A DNA stretch of 20,000 nt from an uncultured virus (IMG/VR IMGVR_UViG_3300012001_000011) (taxonomy: Duplodnaviria > Heunggongvirae > Uroviricota > Caudoviricetes). A program made the translations under genes and the position numbers. Every line of letters starts with the position of its first letter. The stretch's first letter is position 1. The DNA lies in the IMG/VR virus record IMGVR_UViG_3300012001_000011. One strand, 5' to 3'. Of this stretch, positions 16,008-20,000 are shown in pieces. The notes beneath the pieces were generated by a model, which saw nothing but the letters and a program-made list of their open reading frames with translations, was not told the origin of the DNA and searched no databases.

Positions 16008-16556
16008 TTACTGCTTGATGAATGTTGCGTTATCGATCAGCTTGCCCGACACGGGATCGAAAAACGAATTGATCTGGAATGCTCGTTTTGCGGGCGTACT
16101 CCCATCAAATTCCTGGAATGGGCCTGCAATATGCAGATTGCTCCCGCTGATATTGAACGAAGTGTAACTTGTGGTTTGTGAGATGAGGTCTAGCGCCGTC
16201 ATTTGTGCGGTCGGGTCACTAGACTGAACGTTAATACCGCCTATCAAAAAAGTTCCGCTTACATTGTCTGTCATAACATACCCACCAGTGTTTCCGGTGA
16301 GGATGATGCAGCTTTCGAGTTTGTAGGCGTATGTGTTTGCGGCAAAGGTAACTGTCTGACGCGTGCCTGGCGCCCCTGATAAGCTAAGACCGCAGGCGCT
16401 CCCCGTCGGGTGGCTATCGCTGGCCGCAATCCAAGTCCCCTCGAGAACGGTTTTCGACGGTGCAGGGGCGGGTGCAACACTTCCTGAATCGCTGCTACCG
16501 CCTCCGCCACAGCCAACAAGTGCCGTCATGGACAGAGCAAGAATAATATTTTTCAT
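16008..16556 (-). CDS. Lipoprotein, 182 aa
   Basis: MKNIILALSMTALVG-C lipobox, Gly/Ser/Pro linker, LEGTW beta-rich domain; start at 16556. Confidence 0.85.
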   Translation of the reverse strand: MKNIILALSMTALVGCGGGGSSDSGSVAPAPAPSKTVLEGTWIAASDSHPTGSACGLSLSGAPGTRQTVTFAANTYAYKLESCIILTGNTGGYVMTDNVSGTFLIGGINVQSSDPTAQMTALDLISQTTSYTSFNISGSNLHIAGPFQEFDGSTPAKRAFQINSFFDPVSGKLIDNATFIKQ

Positions 16557-16570
16557 TTTTGGTTTTCTTT

Positions 16571-16895
16571 GTTCGGCAAGAGCGTGCCGTGTCGCCCCGT
16601 TGATTATTTGGAATGGGCTACTGTTTGGCAGTGCACTTTGCCCCAGTTGTCGTATGGTAGTTGCAGATGTATTCCTTGCCCTTGCAGGTTGCCGTCCATG
16701 TATGCGTGCCGCCAATCCCGGCCGTCTCATTCGTTATGCTTATATCGTTTGGCGAGCAGCCGATTTGCCCCGATGTAAAGTCGCGCGATATTCTTGGGCT
16801 CGTGCAGCCTGAGAGGATGAGTGCAGTGGCGAACAGTGTAAAGCGAGCAATTTTCATTGTGAGTCCAGTTCGGCATGAGGGCGTGCCGTTGCGCC
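16571..16895 (-). repeat. Duplicated intergenic hairpin element
   Basis: GGCGCAACGGCACGCCCTCATGCCGAAC (16895-16868) and GGCGACACGGCACGCTCTTGCCGAAC (16596-16571). Confidence 0.7.
16618..16857 (-). CDS. Small Cys-containing lipoprotein, 79 aa
   Basis: ILSG-C lipobox; four further Cys residues. Confidence 0.85.
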   Translation of the reverse strand: MKIARFTLFATALILSGCTSPRISRDFTSGQIGCSPNDISITNETAGIGGTHTWTATCKGKEYICNYHTTTGAKCTAKQ

Positions 16896-16898
16896 TTT

Positions 16899-17627
16899 TT
16901 ACAGCCCACCTGTGCCACTTCGATCCCGCACGCGACCGATGACTGTGATGTGCTCGTTGGCCAGATCGGTCGAAACCTCTTCGTCCTTATATGAAGGGTT
17001 CACGCTTCGCAGTATGACGGTCCCGTCTAGGCGGCGACTTAGGTACTTGACGCGCAACTCGTCGCCGTAGCGAATCGCGTAGAGCTTACCGTCAACGATG
17101 TTTGTTTCATCAGTGTTGACTAGGATGGTATCGCGAGGATAGAGCATGGGTACCATGCTATCGCCAGACACACGGAATCGACGCACCCTCTCAGGGTTGA
17201 TCTTGTACTTCTGAAACCAACTCAGGCGGTAGGTGGCTGGCTCTTCATCCTCGATCAGCTCGTATTGCGCAGTGCGACCATTCCCTCCTGAAAATTCAAT
17301 GCGCGACTCAGGGACGAAAACAACATCATCTGGCGGGGGATCATCTGGGTGAAGTGCTGTTACCAATGACTTAACGTTCGCACTCGGGCTGGCACGACCA
17401 TCATCGCCGGCCCTCACCAATCCGCCGCGCGAAGCCTCTCCCATTAGTTCTGAGAGCGAGATGTCAAGGCGTTTAGCAAGAGCGGCGAGCTTTGCGGCTT
17501 CTGGCATCCCTTTGCCACGCTCCCAGTCCGAGATGTTGACTGACTTGATGCCCCATATGTCGGCAATTTGTTGCTGAGTCAGCCCCAGTTCCTTCCGACG
17601 ATTTCTAAGTATTTGGTGAAATTTCAT
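16899..17627 (-). CDS. cI: CI-like repressor (XRE HTH plus S24 peptidase)
   Basis: LRNRRKELGLTQQQIA...ISDWERG HTH; VSGDSM.P catalytic Ser and RVKYL Lys; VIGRV end. Confidence 0.96.
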   Translation of the reverse strand: MKFHQILRNRRKELGLTQQQIADIWGIKSVNISDWERGKGMPEAAKLAALAKRLDISLSELMGEASRGGLVRAGDDGRASPSANVKSLVTALHPDDPPPDDVVFVPESRIEFSGGNGRTAQYELIEDEEPATYRLSWFQKYKINPERVRRFRVSGDSMVPMLYPRDTILVNTDETNIVDGKLYAIRYGDELRVKYLSRRLDGTVILRSVNPSYKDEEVSTDLANEHITVIGRVRDRSGTGGL

Positions 17628-17700
17628 AAGGCAAAGCCTATCAAAAATAATTTAGGTTAATCCTTGACTTTGTATTAGGTTTAACCTGATACTGTGACCT
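17628..17700. promoter_or_regulatory. PR/PRM switch with operators OR1-3
   Basis: PR TTGACT(17664-17669)-18 bp-GATACT(17688-17693); PRM TG-A-TAGGCT (17643-17635); AGGCAAAGCCT 17629-17639, AGGTTAATCCT 17654-17664, AGGTTTAACCT 17677-17687. Confidence 0.88.
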
Positions 17701-17955
17701 ATGAACACTCAAATCAAAGAAGCGATGGATAGAGCCGGCGGAGTCGCTGTCGTTGCGGCGCACTTCAAAATTAGTCCGGTATCTGTGTACGAATGGATCA
17801 AGCGCGGACTCGTTCCTGCTGACAAGTGCCCAGAAATTGAAAAACTTTCTGGCGGTGCTGCTCGGTGCGAAGACATGAATAACCGTGTTGATTGGGCCTA
17901 CTTGCGCCTAGCAATAGAGACCAAGCGTACCCGCCGCCCACCAGCGCCGCCTTGA
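17701..17955 (+). CDS. cro: Cro/YdaS-like repressor
   Basis: AGG...VA....IS..SV.EW..RG.VP..KC..IE..SGG...CE......DWAYLR; divergent from cI. Confidence 0.92.
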   Translation: MNTQIKEAMDRAGGVAVVAAHFKISPVSVYEWIKRGLVPADKCPEIEKLSGGAARCEDMNNRVDWAYLRLAIETKRTRRPPAPP

Positions 17956-18013
17956 CCTTCATTAGACATCGCCACTAGCAGCACGTTCACCGCAGGCCTA
18001 ACCGAGACATCAC

Positions 18014-18334
18014 ATGCAAACCGAAGCCCTGTATCAAGCCGTACTAGCCGCCATCACCCAGCATGAGGCCAGCAACGACCCAGCGGAAGTTGCTCGCCTG
18101 CTGACGAACATCCTGGTTGCCTTCGCCACCTTGGTGCGCGGCCCTGATCCGGTTGTTCAATCGGTCGCGGCCACAGCTATCGACTTTCCACCGCCAGTAG
18201 GCGCTATTGCTGGTTATTGGGTATCGATCCTCGGTAGCCGGCGGCCAATCTGGATAGAGACGCCGCTGCGTGCTCAAGCGCCACAGCCTGAAGTTCAAGT
18301 AGCGTCGGATTCACAAGCGGAACGTGAGTGCTGA
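18014..18334 (+). CDS. Possible hypothetical protein, 106 aa
   Basis: Follows cro with a weak GAGA RBS; 3' part overlaps an antisense gene. Confidence 0.4.
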   Translation: MQTEALYQAVLAAITQHEASNDPAEVARLLTNILVAFATLVRGPDPVVQSVAATAIDFPPPVGAIAGYWVSILGSRRPIWIETPLRAQAPQPEVQVASDSQAEREC

Positions 18335-18419
18335 TTGTGACGTGTCCGTCATCAATTTGATATGTCGCATCAAGCCTGACGCCGCCGTTTTCGGCAGAAA
18401 GTCTGATTGTTGAAGTCAT
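18204..18419 (-). CDS. Leftward hypothetical protein, 71 aa
   Basis: RBS AAGGA; extended -10 TG-T-TAGATT (18464-18456). Confidence 0.65.
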   Translation of the reverse strand: MTSTIRLSAENGGVRLDATYQIDDGHVTISTHVPLVNPTLLELQAVALEHAAASLSRLAAGYRGSIPNNQQ

Positions 18420-18540
18420 GGGGAGTTCCTTCGTAAGTTGTTGAGTGGAATTGACAATCTAACACGCTGGGATTTCCCGCCCTAATTTAAATAAATAGCA
18501 ACACGTAACACCATTCCTGTAATCCAAAAAGGAGCAACAC

Positions 18541-18792
18541 ATGAAACAAGATCGTACCCGTCATATCGCAGTGAAAAGCCTGTTCCGCGCAGATCAATTT
18601 GTCGAGTTCAAACAGGAGTGCGAAGAAAGCGATGTATCGCTGAGCCGTACCTTAAGCGATCTCGCTGACTACTGGATGGCATGGAAGAAGTATCTCAAAT
18701 CCAACAACGTAGTGGAATGCCCAGGACCAGCACAGAACATGGCCATGTTTCCCGCTTTCCGTGGCGGTACTCCGTTTCCACAGTTGGTTTGA
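18541..18792 (+). CDS. RHH-like protein at the CII position, 83 aa
   Basis: RBS AAGGAG; IAVKSLF strand followed by two helices (..SLSRTLSDLA). Confidence 0.7.
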   Translation: MKQDRTRHIAVKSLFRADQFVEFKQECEESDVSLSRTLSDLADYWMAWKKYLKSNNVVECPGPAQNMAMFPAFRGGTPFPQLV

Positions 18793-18843
18793 TGCGATAC
18801 GTCGGCAGCAAACGAATAGCCAATAGATCCGCTTGGAGTTTTT

Positions 18844-19047
18844 ATGACCGCCAAAAGCGACGTTGAAAAATCTGCATTTCTCTGGCGCTCACTTACTCTG
18901 AAGGCAAAAAAAATGCCGGAGGGTGATGCCAAGAAGGCCATCAACAAGGCGGCAAGTAATGCACTCCGGACGATGGGTAAGGCGGTAGATGCCGCCGAGT
19001 CCCGCGAGGCCTGGGAGTCAAAGAAAGTTGCCAAACCGGAGCGCTGA
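18844..19047 (+). CDS. Basic hypothetical protein, 67 aa
   Basis: RBS GGAG; Lys/Ala-rich helical sequence. Confidence 0.7.
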   Translation: MTAKSDVEKSAFLWRSLTLKAKKMPEGDAKKAINKAASNALRTMGKAVDAAESREAWESKKVAKPER

Positions 19048-19114
19048 CGCCTCCCCACCAATAAATGATCGCACGCCGCCACAGCGCGGCTTTGATCAAA
19101 GACAGGAGAAATGT

Positions 19115-19348
19115 ATGACCGAATACAACCCGAATGGCCTGCTGGATGCGCTTAGCGCAAAGCTGCTGGCAAAGAACGATGCGGCGCTGGCTCGCGCGCT
19201 GGATATCGCCCCGCCTAACCTGAGTAAGCTGCGCGGGCACAAAATGCCCGTTGGCGACTCCTTCATCCTGCGCCTGCTTGACCGCGAGATCATGACCCTG
19301 CCAGAAATTCGCGCGTTCGTGCCGTCGCCTTATGTGGGTGCCGCATGA
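19115..19348 (+). CDS. XRE-like HTH protein, 77 aa
   Basis: YNPNGLLD.L..KL..KNDAALAR.L.IAPP.LSKLR family recalled from Oxalobacteraceae; RBS AGGAG. Confidence 0.85.
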   Translation: MTEYNPNGLLDALSAKLLAKNDAALARALDIAPPNLSKLRGHKMPVGDSFILRLLDREIMTLPEIRAFVPSPYVGAA

Positions 19349-20000
19349 CTGCCGCCGTGATCAAGAAGGCCAAGCCAAAGGCTGCGAAACCATACTCGCT
19401 GCCAGCCGGCCACGCCCTGGTGCTGCGCACTTGCAGCGAGAACATGCTCGCTCATGGTGATTTTGAATGGCCGAAGGTCGGCGGCGTAGCGACGGCACTG
19501 GATTGGGCGCCGACAAACAAATGTGGCAAAGGTTTGCATGGCTGGCTGTACGGGCAAGGCGACCACGAAGCCGCAACGCACCTTGGCAAAACCGCTAAGT
19601 GGCTGGTGGTCGAAGTTCCCGAGGCTGGAATCATCATGTTCGGTGGGAAGTGCAAATTTCAAAGCGGGACCGTGCGATTCATCGGTGCCAAGGCTGACGC
19701 AGCGGCATTCCTGATTGCCCACGAGCCGCGCGCTGCAAACGTGGCCGTGATCGGCGCAACGCTGGTCGTTGGTGACGGAATGGCATGCATGGTCGGGGCG
19801 CTCGGCACCGCCACGGCAGGCTACAGAGGCACCGCCACGGCAGGCGACAGCGGCACCGCCACGGCAGGCTACAGAGGCACCGCCACGGCAGGCTACAGCG
19901 GCACCGCCACGGCAGGCTACAGAGGCACCGCCACGGCAGGCGACAGCGGCACCGCCACGGCAGGCGACAGCGGCACCGCCACGGCAGGCGACAGCGGCAC
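19345..20000 (+). CDS. Ice-nucleation-protein (InaZ)-like protein, 3'-truncated by the window (not in the ORF track)
   Basis: Open from ATG 19345 (ATGA coupling) to the window end: ...ALVLRTCSENMLAHGDFEWP...CGKGLHGWLYGQG...AKWLVVEV...KF...V.FIG...AAAFL, then GTATAG(Y/D)(R/S) repeats. Confidence 0.85.
   Translation, partial: MTAAVIKKAKPKAAKPYSLPAGHALVLRTCSENMLAHGDFEWPKVGGVATALDWAPTNKCGKGLHGWLYGQGDHEAATHLGKTAKWLVVEVPEAGIIMFGGKCKFQSGTVRFIGAKADAAAFLIAHEPRAANVAVIGATLVVGDGMACMVGALGTATAGYRGTATAGDSGTATAGYRGTATAGYSGTATAGYRGTATAGDSGTATAGDSGTATAGDSG
19804..20000 (+). repeat. 24-bp tandem repeat GGCACCGCCACGGCAGGC(T/G)ACAG(A/C), at least 8 units
   Basis: Variable dipeptides in order YR, DS, YR, YS, YR, DS, DS, DS; continues past the window edge. 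Confidence 0.97.

Larger units (their letters stand above)
1..20000. mobile_element. Lambdoid temperate phage segment (att-int-xis / recombination / immunity / early right)
   Basis: Gene order int-xis-accessory-ninB-ssb-exo-erf-ant-PL ... cI-cro; frequent ATGA/TAATG gene coupling; no host housekeeping genes seen. Confidence 0.97.

Noticed and set aside
16557..16730. N-terminal extension giving the 240-aa ORF
   Set aside because: The lipoprotein signal begins at 16556, and the extension overlaps the 79-aa gene
18451..18456. Perfect TTGACA as a rightward -35
   Set aside because: No -10-like hexamer 16-18 bp downstream
19330..19722. Listed ORFs 19330-19722, 19361-19576, 19452-19655 and 19523-19714
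   Set aside because: Shadows of the real unlisted ORF starting at 19345

Overview
The whole window reads as the integration, recombination, immunity and early region of a lambdoid temperate phage. The host is probably an Oxalobacteraceae betaproteobacterium, judged from recalled small-protein families (inference). From left to right: the tail of a rightward phage operon; an AT-rich candidate attP; int and xis; and a long leftward early operon (Lar/Ea22-like mosaic protein, NinB, SSB, exonuclease, ERF, an N-like Arg-rich protein, an Ala-repeat protein and an antirepressor) driven by PL with three operators. Then come a ~3.6 kb accessory block between PL and cI, the cI/cro switch with three operators, and the start of the rightward early operon. 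Highlights: (1) an ORF missing from the ORF track (19345 to the window end) whose N-terminus closely resembles the N-domain of ice-nucleation protein InaZ, followed by TxT-bearing octapeptide repeats; (2) a 748-aa protein built from modules joined by repeated EQAKP/AAPSD linkers; (3) a hidden divergent mini-regulator cassette; (4) several densely structured non-coding segments and a type-I-toxin-like peptide. All family assignments come from motif recognition and recall, not database searches.
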